Shown here in pieces: positions 11,268-20,788 of a stretch of DNA of 64,000 nt (its first letter is position 1; every line of letters starts with the position of its first letter). The position numbers were made by a program, and so were the translations under genes. Source of the stretch: Eubacteriales bacterium (GTDB taxonomy: Bacteria > Bacillota > Clostridia > Oscillospirales > CAG-382); NCBI GenBank assembly GCA_045540015.1, contig JAZQGP010000013.1, positions 9,100-73,099 of the forward strand, in the 5' to 3' direction. The notes under the pieces were generated by a model. That model had not been told where the DNA came from and did not search any database. It saw only the letters and a program-made list of their open reading frames with translations.

Positions 11268-13070
11268 ATGAAAAGACTTACAGCACTGCTCCTTGCCGCT
11301 TTGTTTCTTGTAATGCCGCTTGCGGGCTGCTCGTCTGACAAGCAAGACGAACAGACAGCGATCGAAGAAGAGGACAAGGGCGCAATTATCCAGACATATC
11401 TTACCTCGGCACCTGCCAGCATTGACCCGTCGGCAATGTACGGCTCTTCCGAGAATATTAAGCTTATGGGACTTCTTTATGAAGGTCTTACAACAATAAA
11501 TGAAAACGGCAAGCTCGAAAAGGCTCTTGCAAAAGAGTGGGAATATGAGATTGACGAAAGAGACGACTATATGAAGCTAGAGATTACTCTTAACAGCTCC
11601 AGATGGTCTGACGGTATCATAGTCGATGCAGAGGACTTCATTTATGCATGGACTCGTATTCTCAAGCCTGAAAACAAAAACGAAAACGCAGCACTTCTTT
11701 ATCCCGTTCTTAATGCAAAGAAGGCAAAAGAAGGTCTTGTATCAATAAACGATGTAGGACTTACAGCGGTTAAGGATAACGTAATAGAGATTGTTTTCGA
11801 GAAGGAATATTCAGACGATGATTTTGTTGAATACTTCCTTCGCCGTCTTGCATCTCCCGCACTTGTTCCGCTTCGTGAGGATATTGTAAGCTCTAAGGAA
11901 GGCTGGGATGTTGCCGGAAGAAGCTCATATGTTACAAACGGCCCGTTCAAGATTAAAATTTGGGACAGCTATGAGCTTTCACTTGAAAGAAGCGTATATT
12001 ACAGAGCTGTCAGCGATAACGACGGCAACAAGGACGATAAAATCGTAAAGCCTTACCGTATTGTTAACCTCTACAGAGAGGGCGGCAATTCAACCGAGCA
12101 GTTCCAGAGATACCGCGATGAGCAGGAACCTTCTAACAAGGTGTTCTATGTAAGTCTTGCAGGAGCTTCTCCGGAAATGGTAAAGAATGCCGGCGACTTA
12201 AAGAAGACCGATGTTGAAACGACAGAAATGCTTTCTACATACTGCCTGTTCTTTAACACAAATAACGAGCTTCTTGCAGATGCAAGAGTCAGAAAAGCTC
12301 TCTCTATTGTCATTGACCGCGAGGCGCTTGCTGAACTTGCAGTAGGATCAAAGCCTGCAACAGGCCTTATTCCTTACGGAATTGAAGACGTAAAGGCAAA
12401 GCAGGATTTCCGCGAAAAGGGCGGAGATATTATCTCAAGCAAGGCAAATGTTGAAGAAGCAAAGAAGCTGCTCAAGGAAGCCGGTGTTTCCGGCGGCAAG
12501 CTCAAGGCAGAGGCAAGCAACGCAAGAGACTACGAAAAGAGAGTTCTCAACCTTGTAGCATCCGCATGGAAGGAAATCGGAATTACTCTTGAAGTTTCCA
12601 CCAGAAGAAGCGACTATATCTACAATAAGGCAAACGCGCTTTCCGAATTTACGCTTAATGAGGTTGATGTTCTTGCATTCGACCTTCAGTCCATGACAAG
12701 CGATGCATACGGAATGCTCATGCAGTTCTCTTCGGAGTTTGGCGGACATCCGATTGACGTAACCACAGGTCCTTCCGAAGAGGATGTTGTATATACACCT
12801 TATTTTACAGGCTTTGCAGACGAAGAGTATGACAAGCTTTGCGAAAAGATAGTAGCCGCTGTTACCGCAAAGGAAAGAACGGCAGCAATGCATGAGGCAG
12901 AGCAATATCTGCTTGAAAACGCTTCTCCCGTTGCTCCTTTGTTCTTCAACTGCGACACATATCTTGTAAGCAACCAGCTTTCCGGAATCAAGCAGGATAA
13001 GTTTGGAAGACTCGACCTTATAAATCTTAAGCAGAAGAGCTATGATAAGTATCTGCCTGAGGAAAACTGA
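11268..13070 (+). CDS. oppA: Oligopeptide/family-5 ABC substrate-binding lipoprotein
   Basis: Lipobox LAGC, SIDP, LYEGL, WSDG, NGPFKI, DARVRKALSIVIDRE. RBS GGGAGG. Confidence 0.88.
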   Translation: MKRLTALLLAALFLVMPLAGCSSDKQDEQTAIEEEDKGAIIQTYLTSAPASIDPSAMYGSSENIKLMGLLYEGLTTINENGKLEKALAKEWEYEIDERDDYMKLEITLNSSRWSDGIIVDAEDFIYAWTRILKPENKNENAALLYPVLNAKKAKEGLVSINDVGLTAVKDNVIEIVFEKEYSDDDFVEYFLRRLASPALVPLREDIVSSKEGWDVAGRSSYVTNGPFKIKIWDSYELSLERSVYYRAVSDNDGNKDDKIVKPYRIVNLYREGGNSTEQFQRYRDEQEPSNKVFYVSLAGASPEMVKNAGDLKKTDVETTEMLSTYCLFFNTNNELLADARVRKALSIVIDREALAELAVGSKPATGLIPYGIEDVKAKQDFREKGGDIISSKANVEEAKKLLKEAGVSGGKLKAEASNARDYEKRVLNLVASAWKEIGITLEVSTRRSDYIYNKANALSEFTLNEVDVLAFDLQSMTSDAYGMLMQFSSEFGGHPIDVTTGPSEEDVVYTPYFTGFADEEYDKLCEKIVAAVTAKERTAAMHEAEQYLLENASPVAPLFFNCDTYLVSNQLSGIKQDKFGRLDLINLKQKSYDKYLPEEN

Positions 13071-13094
13071 TTTAGATTTTAAAGAATAAAAACC

Positions 13095-13138
13095 ACTTCA
13101 TGCCGAGGTAGTACAGCTTTTCGGCATGAAGTTTGTTT
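13095..13138 (+). terminator. Terminator/hairpin after oppA
   Basis: Perfect 12-bp stem ACTTCATGCCGA/TCGGCATGAAGT followed by TTGTTT. Confidence 0.75.
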
Positions 13139-13153
13139 ATATGGAGAATTAAA

Positions 13154-14050
13154 GTGTCAGACATACTTCGCAGTCATAATTTCAAATTTCAAAAAAAGTA
13201 CGGTCAAAACTTTTTGACGGATGTGAAAATCCCAAGACGTATATCCATGGAGTGTACCGATTTTGTCTTTGAGGACGAAAACGAGCCTGAAACAAAGGCG
13301 GAAGTTCTTGTCCTTGAAATAGGGCCCGGTGCAGGCATACTTACAAAAGAGCTTGCAAAGCGTTTTGAGAGGGTTGTTGCGGTAGAAATAGACGAAAGCC
13401 TTCGCGGCGTGCTTGAAGAATCTCTTTCGGGCTATGATAACGCAGAGGTTGTTTTCGGAGATATAATGGATAAAAATCTGCATGAGCTTCTTGACGAAAG
13501 AAGAATGAAGAATGGCGTTAAAATGCCTGTTTCTGTCTGTGCAAACCTGCCGTACTATATAACAACCCCCATTATAATGAAGCTGCTCGAGGAATATGAG
13601 GATTTTTCCTTTATTACCGTAATGGTGCAGAAAGAGGTTGCCACTCGCCTGTGTGCCGGCGAAAAAGACTCCGAATACGGAGCGATTACTGCACAGATAA
13701 ATCTGTATGGCACAGTTAAACGCCTGTTTACAGTGCCGTCCGGATGCTTTTTTCCGCGTCCAAAGGTTGACAGCGCGGTTATACGCATAAAGCGGCATAA
13801 GCCGTCGCTTTACACGCAGGAGCAGATGAACGGAGCTTCAAAACTGATAAAGTCTGCGTTTCTCACAAGAAGAAAAACGCTTGCAAATTCGCTTTCACAA
13901 AGCGGTTTTGACTATACCCGCGAAATCTATGCAAAGGTTGCACTCGAGCTGTTTGGTGATGAAGCTATACGCGGAGAAAAACTGTCGTGCGACGATTTTG
14001 TGAAGCTGTATGATGCCCTGTGTTCTCTCGGAAAGGCAGAAAAAGCATGA
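13154..14050 (+). CDS. rsmA: 16S rRNA m6,2A1518/1519 dimethyltransferase (KsgA)
   Basis: KKYGQNFL, VLEIGPGAG, ANLPYYITTPI, MVQKEVA, FFPRPKVDS. GTG start after GGAG. Confidence 0.96.
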   Translation: MSDILRSHNFKFQKKYGQNFLTDVKIPRRISMECTDFVFEDENEPETKAEVLVLEIGPGAGILTKELAKRFERVVAVEIDESLRGVLEESLSGYDNAEVVFGDIMDKNLHELLDERRMKNGVKMPVSVCANLPYYITTPIIMKLLEEYEDFSFITVMVQKEVATRLCAGEKDSEYGAITAQINLYGTVKRLFTVPSGCFFPRPKVDSAVIRIKRHKPSLYTQEQMNGASKLIKSAFLTRRKTLANSLSQSGFDYTREIYAKVALELFGDEAIRGEKLSCDDFVKLYDALCSLGKAEKA

Positions 14051-14769
14051 TAGGTATAGGAACAATTGCAAATGTTGCGGCAATAATTGTCGGTGGAATT
14101 GCAGGGCTGTTTTTCCGCAAAGGACTTCGCGAAAATATCCGTGAAATGCTCATGACGGTTCTTGGAATCTGCGTTATGTTTCTGGGACTTTCGGGTGCAC
14201 TTTCGGGAATGCTTTCAGTGTCGGAAACCGGCAGACTTGAAGCAGGCGGAACCGGAGTTCTGATAGCATCAATGGTAATAGGTTCGCTGATAGGTGAGCT
14301 TTGCGGCATAGAAAAGGGTTTTGAACGCTTCGGAGAATATCTCAAGAAAACGTTTGACGGCAGTGGTACGAACACGAGGTTTGTTGAAGGCTTTGTAAAT
14401 GCAGTACTTATCGTGTGCGTCGGCGCAATGGCAGTTATAGGACCTGTGAATGATGCAGTCTTTCGTGATCCTTCAACGTTGTTTATAAAAGCGGTGCTTG
14501 ACGGATTTATCGTGCTTGTGCTTGCATCGGCTTACGGCAAGGGTGCTGTGTTTTCAGCCTTACCGTTGGGATTGTACCAAGGCGCTTTAACGGCGCTTGC
14601 AGGGCTTATCGCACCGTATCTCACGCAGAGTATGACGGATAATCTCGCATATGTCGGTTCGGTTCTTGTGTTCTGTGTGGGAACAAATATGTGCTTTGGC
14701 ACAAAATTCCGTGTTGCAAATATGCTGCCCGCAATGGTAGTCAGTGTTTTGCTGGGTGCATTTATGTAA
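14047..14769 (+). CDS. DUF554 family membrane protein
   Basis: GTIANVAAIIVGG, FVEGFV..CVGAMAVIG, FRVANMLPA; ATGA overlap with rsmA. Confidence 0.88.
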   Translation: MIGIGTIANVAAIIVGGIAGLFFRKGLRENIREMLMTVLGICVMFLGLSGALSGMLSVSETGRLEAGGTGVLIASMVIGSLIGELCGIEKGFERFGEYLKKTFDGSGTNTRFVEGFVNAVLIVCVGAMAVIGPVNDAVFRDPSTLFIKAVLDGFIVLVLASAYGKGAVFSALPLGLYQGALTALAGLIAPYLTQSMTDNLAYVGSVLVFCVGTNMCFGTKFRVANMLPAMVVSVLLGAFM

Positions 14770-14780
14770 AATAAAAATTC

Positions 14781-14805
14781 CCGCCTCTGCGAAAAGCAGA
14801 GGCGG
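14781..14805. terminator. Bidirectional terminator between convergent genes
   Basis: Perfect CCGCCTCTGC-GAAAA-GCAGAGGCGG. Confidence 0.8.
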
Positions 14806-14833
14806 TTTGCTGTTTGATTTGTAGATGTGCTTT

Positions 14834-17800
14834 TTATCCGAGGGTTACGTTCTTTCCTGATATATACTGTGCAAGCAGGATGAGGTCCATGATGTCAAGA
14901 TTTGAGGATAGATCTGTTTCGGAATCGGCGGCAGATACACGAACATTGGCTCTTGTAAAGTTGATGGTTGTTTGATTTCCTGCAAGAAACTCTGCAAGAA
15001 GTCGAATATCTTCGCTATTGATGTTACCGTCTATATTAATATCTCCGTATTTAATGCCCCAGACTGCATAGAGAGTTATATTTGTATTAGCTGTGAAAGT
15101 TGCACCATTGAGGTATTCGACCTCTCCGACAGGGGTTGTTGACCATCCGAGGAATTCAAAGCCTTTGTATTCGGGAATAACATTGCTGAGTGTAATATCA
15201 GTATCATGGTATTTTGTTTGATCGGAAGGGGTGTTTTCACCACCATTGCCATTATAGATTATGGTATACTCATCAGGTCTCCATACAGCGTACAGGGTAA
15301 CAATTTCTTGATCAATTGCGGTTAAGTTTTTCACACTTTCATTTTCTGCAAAATCCGGTTTTACAGCATTCGGATCAAGAGCCCATCCCAAGAATGTGTA
15401 GTTACTTTTTTCAAAGGTATTCGCAGAAAGTTCTTTAAATTGGTCATACACAAAAGTAGAGCTGGACATTTGTCCGATTCCGCCGTTTTTGTTATATTCA
15501 ACGGTGTACTCGTTTGCTTTCCACACAGCATAGAGAGTTATTGTCTCTCCGTCAACAGTGGTAAGATTGCTTACGCTCTGCATATCGGTGTAATCGTGAG
15601 TTTCAGCCGTGGCACTTGTTGCCCAACCGATGAACTTGTAGCCTGTTTTTTCAAAAGTATTCTCGGAAAGCTCATTGGTTTTATCGTATACAAACTCAGT
15701 ACCAAGCATTTCACCCGAACCGCCGTTGCTGTTGTACTGAACGGTGTATGTGTTTGCTTCCCATACCGCGTACAGCGTTATTGTCTCTCCGTCAACTGAG
15801 GTAAGGTTTGTTACACTTTGTTTGTTAGTATAATTGGTAACTGTAGCAGAAGAATCTGTCGCCCATCCAAGGAAATTGTAGCCTGTTTTTTCAAAAGTAT
15901 TTTCGGAAAGCTCAATGGTTTTATCGTATACAAACGTAGTATCTGACATTTCACCCGAACCGCCGTTGCCATTGTACTTAATGGAGTATTCAATTGCGTT
16001 CCATACCGCGTAGAGAGTGGTATTTACATTGTCGGTGTAATTTGCTCCGGAAGAGTATTCAACATTACCGTTTTGAATTGTTGACCATCCGAGGAAATTG
16101 TAGCCTGTTCTTGCAGGTGTATCACTGCTGATAGCGATATCAACATCGTGGGTTTTGATGAATTTGTCGGGAGCGTTTTCACCGCCGTTTGCGTTGTAAG
16201 TAATGGTATACTTTTTTATTTCCCACACTGCGTACAGCGTTATTATCTCTCCGTCAGCCGAGGTAAGGTTGCTTACACTTTGCTTGTCGGTATAATCGGG
16301 AACTGTAGCAGAAGAATCTGTCGCCCATCCAAGGAAATTGTAGCCTGTTTTTTCAAAAGTATTTTCGGACAGCTCATTGGTTTTATTGTATACAAACGTA
16401 GTATCTGACATTACGCCCGAACCGCCGTTGCTGTTGTACTGAACGGTGTATGTGTTTGCATTCCATACCGCGTACAGCGTTATTGTCTTTCCGTCAACCG
16501 ATGTGAGGTTGCTTACACTCTGCTTGTCGGTATAATCAGGAATTACAGCAGAAGAATTTGTCGCCCATCCAAGGAAATTGTAGCCTGTTTTTTCAAAAGT
16601 ATTTTCAGAAAGCTCGTTGGTTTGATCATATACAAACGTAGTATCTGACATTTCACCCAAACCACCGTTGCTGTTGTACTGAACGACATATTCGTTAGCT
16701 TCCCACACGGCGTACAGAAACAAATTTTCGGATGCGACATATTTATCACCCGGATTATATTCAACATTACCTGTTTTCGAAGTCGACCAACCTTTAAAGG
16801 TATAACCGGCTTTTGTCGGCATGGCGAGCCCCAGAGTTATTGTTGAATCTTTATATGCCGTTTGCTTAAACGGAGTATTATCACCACCGTTAGCATCGTA
16901 GATAACATTAATTCTTTCGATTGAGGAAAAAGTGAGGCAAGAAAGGCTGGGAAATGTATCTCCCGATTTGAGCGCCCAAGTATTTGTCATGTCAAACCCA
17001 AGTGTGTTTGAAAGGTAAGTGGATGAAAGTGTGGTTATTCTGGAAGGACTGCCTGTATATTTTGTGTAAGGCTGTCCTGCCGCAACGGCACTGATTGTCT
17101 GTGTTGCAACATACGCACAGTTTTTAATTTCTGCCTGGTCGTGAACCGCTCCGTGAATTCTGCCGATATTGGCATCGGATGTATCTGACGATGCAGTTAC
17201 ACTTCCGCTTACAAAACAGTTGGTTATGTTGTAATCAACTTCCTCATTTGCAAAAAGCACGCTGTCGCCATACCAGCTGGAAAAATTATTATTAGCTTTT
17301 ATAAGACCTGCGATGCCTCCTGCGTAAACGATATTTTTTGCCTCAGCACTGCAGGAGCCGTGGTAATAGGATTTTTCAATTTTCATTTCGTATGCACTTA
17401 TGGTGTCCTGAAGCGAACCGACAATACCGCCTCCATAAGCATTTCCGGTAGTGGAAACAACGGTTATATCTGCAAGGGAAATACAGTTTTTGATAATATA
17501 ATTACCTTTTTTTTCTGTTTTTATTTCACCGGCAATACCGCCGACATAAGCGGAACTTACTGTGCTTGCAATTGTTGAAGAATGCTCAACATCTATGCTT
17601 CCGCTTACGGAAATTTCCGAGAAGGTGCTTGTGGTGTTGTTGTCTTTTTCGCCTTTGTAAGCGCGGCCGAAAAGCAAACCGGCATATATTATTGATGTAG
17701 AGGTGGAATCAAAGCTGATGTTCATGTTTTCAATCGAAAGCTTGCAAATGTCCGCCTCTTTTACAACGCCGAAGAATCCGCTGTATTTATGCACTTTTGT

Positions 17801-18172
17801 GATTTTTAAATTACTTACAGTATAGCCGTTTCCGTTGAAGCCGCCGTTGAAGGGGGCGCTCGCGGTGCCTATCGGAGTCCACTCGGCACCCGCAAGGTCG
17901 ATATTGCATGCGAGTTCAAAGTAAAGTGCCTCGGAGGTGTTTTCAACAACGCTTGCTATGCTGAGAAGTTGCTCTGCGTTGGAGATGATGTACGGTGAAG
18001 CCTTTGTACCGTTGCCTTCTTCAAAATCAGCGTAAAAAGAAGCAGTACCGTATGTGTCGGCCGAAAGCACTTCGTCGGCTGTTTCTGTAATATGTATTTG
18101 CGTAGGAGCTGCCATAACTGTGCCGGAAAGAAGAGTCGCGGCACAGATAAAACCTGCCAGTATTTTTCTCAT
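14834..18172 (-). CDS. Large secreted protein: GLUG-type beta-helix, 8 Listeria-Bacteroides (InlB B-repeat) domains and a C-terminal dockerin-like module
   Basis: Signal peptide MRKILAG..VMA; GNGTKASPYIISNAEQL/WTPIG/FNGNGYTVSNL; eight YNxNGG..GYxFxGW..LYAVW repeats; YGDINIDGNINSED dockerin loop. Confidence 0.85.
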   Translation of the reverse strand: MRKILAGFICAATLLSGTVMAAPTQIHITETADEVLSADTYGTASFYADFEEGNGTKASPYIISNAEQLLSIASVVENTSEALYFELACNIDLAGAEWTPIGTASAPFNGGFNGNGYTVSNLKITKVHKYSGFFGVVKEADICKLSIENMNISFDSTSTSIIYAGLLFGRAYKGEKDNNTTSTFSEISVSGSIDVEHSSTIASTVSSAYVGGIAGEIKTEKKGNYIIKNCISLADITVVSTTGNAYGGGIVGSLQDTISAYEMKIEKSYYHGSCSAEAKNIVYAGGIAGLIKANNNFSSWYGDSVLFANEEVDYNITNCFVSGSVTASSDTSDANIGRIHGAVHDQAEIKNCAYVATQTISAVAAGQPYTKYTGSPSRITTLSSTYLSNTLGFDMTNTWALKSGDTFPSLSCLTFSSIERINVIYDANGGDNTPFKQTAYKDSTITLGLAMPTKAGYTFKGWSTSKTGNVEYNPGDKYVASENLFLYAVWEANEYVVQYNSNGGLGEMSDTTFVYDQTNELSENTFEKTGYNFLGWATNSSAVIPDYTDKQSVSNLTSVDGKTITLYAVWNANTYTVQYNSNGGSGVMSDTTFVYNKTNELSENTFEKTGYNFLGWATDSSATVPDYTDKQSVSNLTSADGEIITLYAVWEIKKYTITYNANGGENAPDKFIKTHDVDIAISSDTPARTGYNFLGWSTIQNGNVEYSSGANYTDNVNTTLYAVWNAIEYSIKYNGNGGSGEMSDTTFVYDKTIELSENTFEKTGYNFLGWATDSSATVTNYTNKQSVTNLTSVDGETITLYAVWEANTYTVQYNSNGGSGEMLGTEFVYDKTNELSENTFEKTGYKFIGWATSATAETHDYTDMQSVSNLTTVDGETITLYAVWKANEYTVEYNKNGGIGQMSSSTFVYDQFKELSANTFEKSNYTFLGWALDPNAVKPDFAENESVKNLTAIDQEIVTLYAVWRPDEYTIIYNGNGGENTPSDQTKYHDTDITLSNVIPEYKGFEFLGWSTTPVGEVEYLNGATFTANTNITLYAVWGIKYGDINIDGNINSEDIRLLAEFLAGNQTTINFTRANVRVSAADSETDLSSNLDIMDLILLAQYISGKNVTLG
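15055..16912 (-). repeat. Eight tandem domain repeats (~220-240 bp); the long-type units are near-identical in DNA
   Basis: For example TCGCCCATCCAAGGAAATTGTAGCCTGTTTTTTCAAAAGTATTTTC at 15859, 16321 and 16561. Confidence 0.9.
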
Positions 18173-18312
18173 ATTCTTTACCATCCTTTTTGACAATAAT
18201 CTTACATTGTATATATTAACACATATAAGGAGCTTTGTAAAGAGCTATTTGTGTTTTTTGGATGGTTATATTGCATGAAATATGTGGCAAATGTTTGGTA
18301 AAAACGACTGCT

Positions 18313-19794
18313 TCAGAGCAATATGCAAATAAGTCCGTTTGATCCTTCATTTATGATTCTGCGAAGTGTATCGGCAAGCTTTGTGCGTGCATCGACAGGC
18401 ATGTGTGCAAGCTTTGCATTAAGACCTTCACCGACCAGCTCATGAAGAGTTTTTCCGAACATGTTGGATTCCCAGATTTTTGACGGGTCCTCTTCAAACT
18501 CCTTGAGCAGGAATTTTACCATGTCCTCGGATTGCTTTTCACTTCCGACAATGGGGCTCACCTCGGCATTTATGTCTGCACGTATCATATGTATTGACGG
18601 CGCCCAGGCGCGAAGCTTTACGCCGTAGCTTCCTGCCTGCTTTACTATTTCGGGTTCTTCCAGCGTCAAATCCTCTATTGCGGGCGTTACAATGCCGTAT
18701 CCTGTCTGTTCAACCTGATTAAGTGCATCTGCGAGCTTGTCGTATTTTCTTTTTGCATCGGACAGCTCTTTTATTATACTTATGAGCTCATCTTCACCTT
18801 TGATTTCAAAGCCTGCCTCATCTCCGAGTATTTTGTAGAACAATTTCCCGGGAACGCTTACTTTCAGATGCGCTTTTCCTGCGCCGAGGTCTATTGAGGA
18901 AACTGTAATAGCCGTCCCGAACTGATCTTCACCTGCTCCTTCAAAAAGCTCGTTTATCTGACCGATTCGCGATATGCCTTCGGCGATTTCGCAAATACCC
19001 TCGGTTATGCGAGAACGAAGAGGATGATTGAAGGTAAGACTTGACACCCACGAGGGAACCTCGGCACGGATTTCCTTTACCGGAAATTCCAAAAGCACGA
19101 GCGAAAGGATCTGACGAATATCGGTTTCATCAAGCTCAAGGCAGCTGACAAGCGCTACCGGAACGCCGTAATCTTCTTCCATTTGCATGGCAAGTGACTG
19201 TGCTTCTTCGCTTTGCGGATTTGAGGAGTTGAGCACAATGACAAACGGCTTGTTCTGCGCCGAAAGCTCGGATGCAACACGGTTTTCCGCTTCAATATAT
19301 GCCTCTCTCGGGATTTCTCCGAAACTGCCGTCCGTGGTTACGAGAACTCCGATTGTTGAATGCTCGTTTATTACTTTTCGTGTTCCGATTTCAGCGGCTT
19401 CTTCAAAGGGCATAGGTTCTTCCTGCCAGGGAGTTGAAACCATTCGCGGATTTCCGTCCTCAGACAGACCTGCGGCTCCAGGGACTATGTAGCCTACACA
19501 GTCAATAAGACGAACGCCGAGATGCACGTTGTCGTCGAGAGTTATGTGAGCGGCGTTTTCGGGAACAAATTTCGGCTCGGTTGTCATGACGGTTCTTCCT
19601 GCGGCACTTTGCGGAAGTGTGTCAACTGCGCGTTCACGCCCTGCGTCGCTTTCAATGTTTGGAAGCACGAGCGTGTCCATGAACTTCTTTATAAAGGTGG
19701 ATTTTCCTGTTCTTACGGGACCGACTACCCCTATGTATATTTCGCCTCCCGTTCTTGCGGCGATGTCGCTGTAGAGTTTACTTGATACAGACAT
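18313..19794 (-). CDS. spoIVA: Stage IV sporulation protein A (spore coat morphogenetic ATPase)
   Basis: RTGGEIYIGVVGPVRTGKSTFIK, LPQSAAGRTVMTTEPKFVP, C-terminal GLICILL. Confidence 0.98.
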   Translation of the reverse strand: MSVSSKLYSDIAARTGGEIYIGVVGPVRTGKSTFIKKFMDTLVLPNIESDAGRERAVDTLPQSAAGRTVMTTEPKFVPENAAHITLDDNVHLGVRLIDCVGYIVPGAAGLSEDGNPRMVSTPWQEEPMPFEEAAEIGTRKVINEHSTIGVLVTTDGSFGEIPREAYIEAENRVASELSAQNKPFVIVLNSSNPQSEEAQSLAMQMEEDYGVPVALVSCLELDETDIRQILSLVLLEFPVKEIRAEVPSWVSSLTFNHPLRSRITEGICEIAEGISRIGQINELFEGAGEDQFGTAITVSSIDLGAGKAHLKVSVPGKLFYKILGDEAGFEIKGEDELISIIKELSDAKRKYDKLADALNQVEQTGYGIVTPAIEDLTLEEPEIVKQAGSYGVKLRAWAPSIHMIRADINAEVSPIVGSEKQSEDMVKFLLKEFEEDPSKIWESNMFGKTLHELVGEGLNAKLAHMPVDARTKLADTLRRIINEGSNGLICILL

Positions 19795-19832
19795 ATTTTT
19801 TCCTCCGTATGCAGATTTCTTTCTTTTGTAAT

Positions 19833-19862
19833 ATTGTTATTCGACAGGCGCGTAATTTATGA
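19833..19862 (-). promoter_or_regulatory. Putative sigma-E promoter of spoIVA
   Basis: Minus strand TCATAAA-14 nt-AATAACAAT. spoIVA is sigma-E controlled in studied spore formers. Confidence 0.5.
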
Positions 19863-19933
19863 CTCCAAGGTGCAAAACAAAGTTAAAAAATGCGTGTAAT
19901 ATGTAAATAATGAAGGAAAAAATCAAAATATAC

Positions 19934-19962
19934 TTTACTTTTGGTTTGGTTTGTGGTATTAT
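19934..19962 (+). promoter_or_regulatory. SigA-like promoter of the tagA-recF-remB-gyrB unit
   Basis: TTTACT-17 nt-TATTAT with extended TG. Confidence 0.5.
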
Positions 19963-20026
19963 ACTTATGTATAGTTATGCCATTTTCGATATGCGTTTTT
20001 CGCATTACAAAGAGAGGTAGTCTTTA

Positions 20027-20788
20027 ATGTCAGAAAAAATAAACATCAGAGGCGTGCATTTTGACAATGTAGATGCCGTGGAGACAATAGAGAAAATAAA
20101 GTCGTTTCTTGACGGTGACGGACTTTCCGTTATGTATACGCCAAACTCGGAAATTGTTCAGTACTGTATTGACGACAATTCTCTTTATGACGTTATCAAT
20201 TCGGCACAGCTTATAATTCCTGACGGAATAGGTGTAATATACGCATCAAGAATACTTAAAACTCCGCTGAAGGCAAGAGTCGCAGGTGTTGACACCGCAC
20301 AAAAGGTTGTCGAGTACGCAAGCAAGAGCGGACACAGCATTTACATTTTCGGCGGTGCGAAAAAGACAGAGGATACGGATGCTGTTTCGGCAATTGCGGC
20401 AAGGAAGCTTTGCGAAAAGTATCCGGGACTTAAAATTGCAGGAACTCGTGACGGTTTCTTTACGTCCGAAGAAAGCGACGGAATTGTAGAAGAAATAAAT
20501 AATTCGGGTGCAGATATTCTGTTTGTGTGCCTTGGTGCTCCGAAGCAGGAAAAATGGATTTACGATAACAGAGATAAGCTTAAAGTGAAGTTTGCGGCAG
20601 GTCTTGGAGGTACGGTAAACATATTTGCAGGTACGGCTACAAGAGCACCGGAGTTTTATATAAAGCATAATCTTGAGTGGCTTCACAGACTGCTCAAGGA
20701 GCCGGCAAGATTTGTACGAATGCTGAGTCTTCCGAAATTCCTTTTCGGAACAATTCTTCACAAGAACAAGGGCTGTGAAGACAAATGA
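20027..20788 (+). CDS. tagA: WecB/TagA/CpsF family glycosyltransferase
   Basis: TPNSE, PDGIGV, RVAGVD, LFVCLGAPKQEKWI, LEWLHRL. Confidence 0.9.
   Translation: MSEKINIRGVHFDNVDAVETIEKIKSFLDGDGLSVMYTPNSEIVQYCIDDNSLYDVINSAQLIIPDGIGVIYASRILKTPLKARVAGVDTAQKVVEYASKSGHSIYIFGGAKKTEDTDAVSAIAARKLCEKYPGLKIAGTRDGFFTSEESDGIVEEINNSGADILFVCLGAPKQEKWIYDNRDKLKVKFAAGLGGTVNIFAGTATRAPEFYIKHNLEWLHRLLKEPARFVRMLSLPKFLFGTILHKNKGCEDK

Noticed and set aside
19795-20026. oriC upstream of the recF-gyrB unit
   Set aside because: No TTATCCACA-type DnaA boxes seen, and no dnaA.
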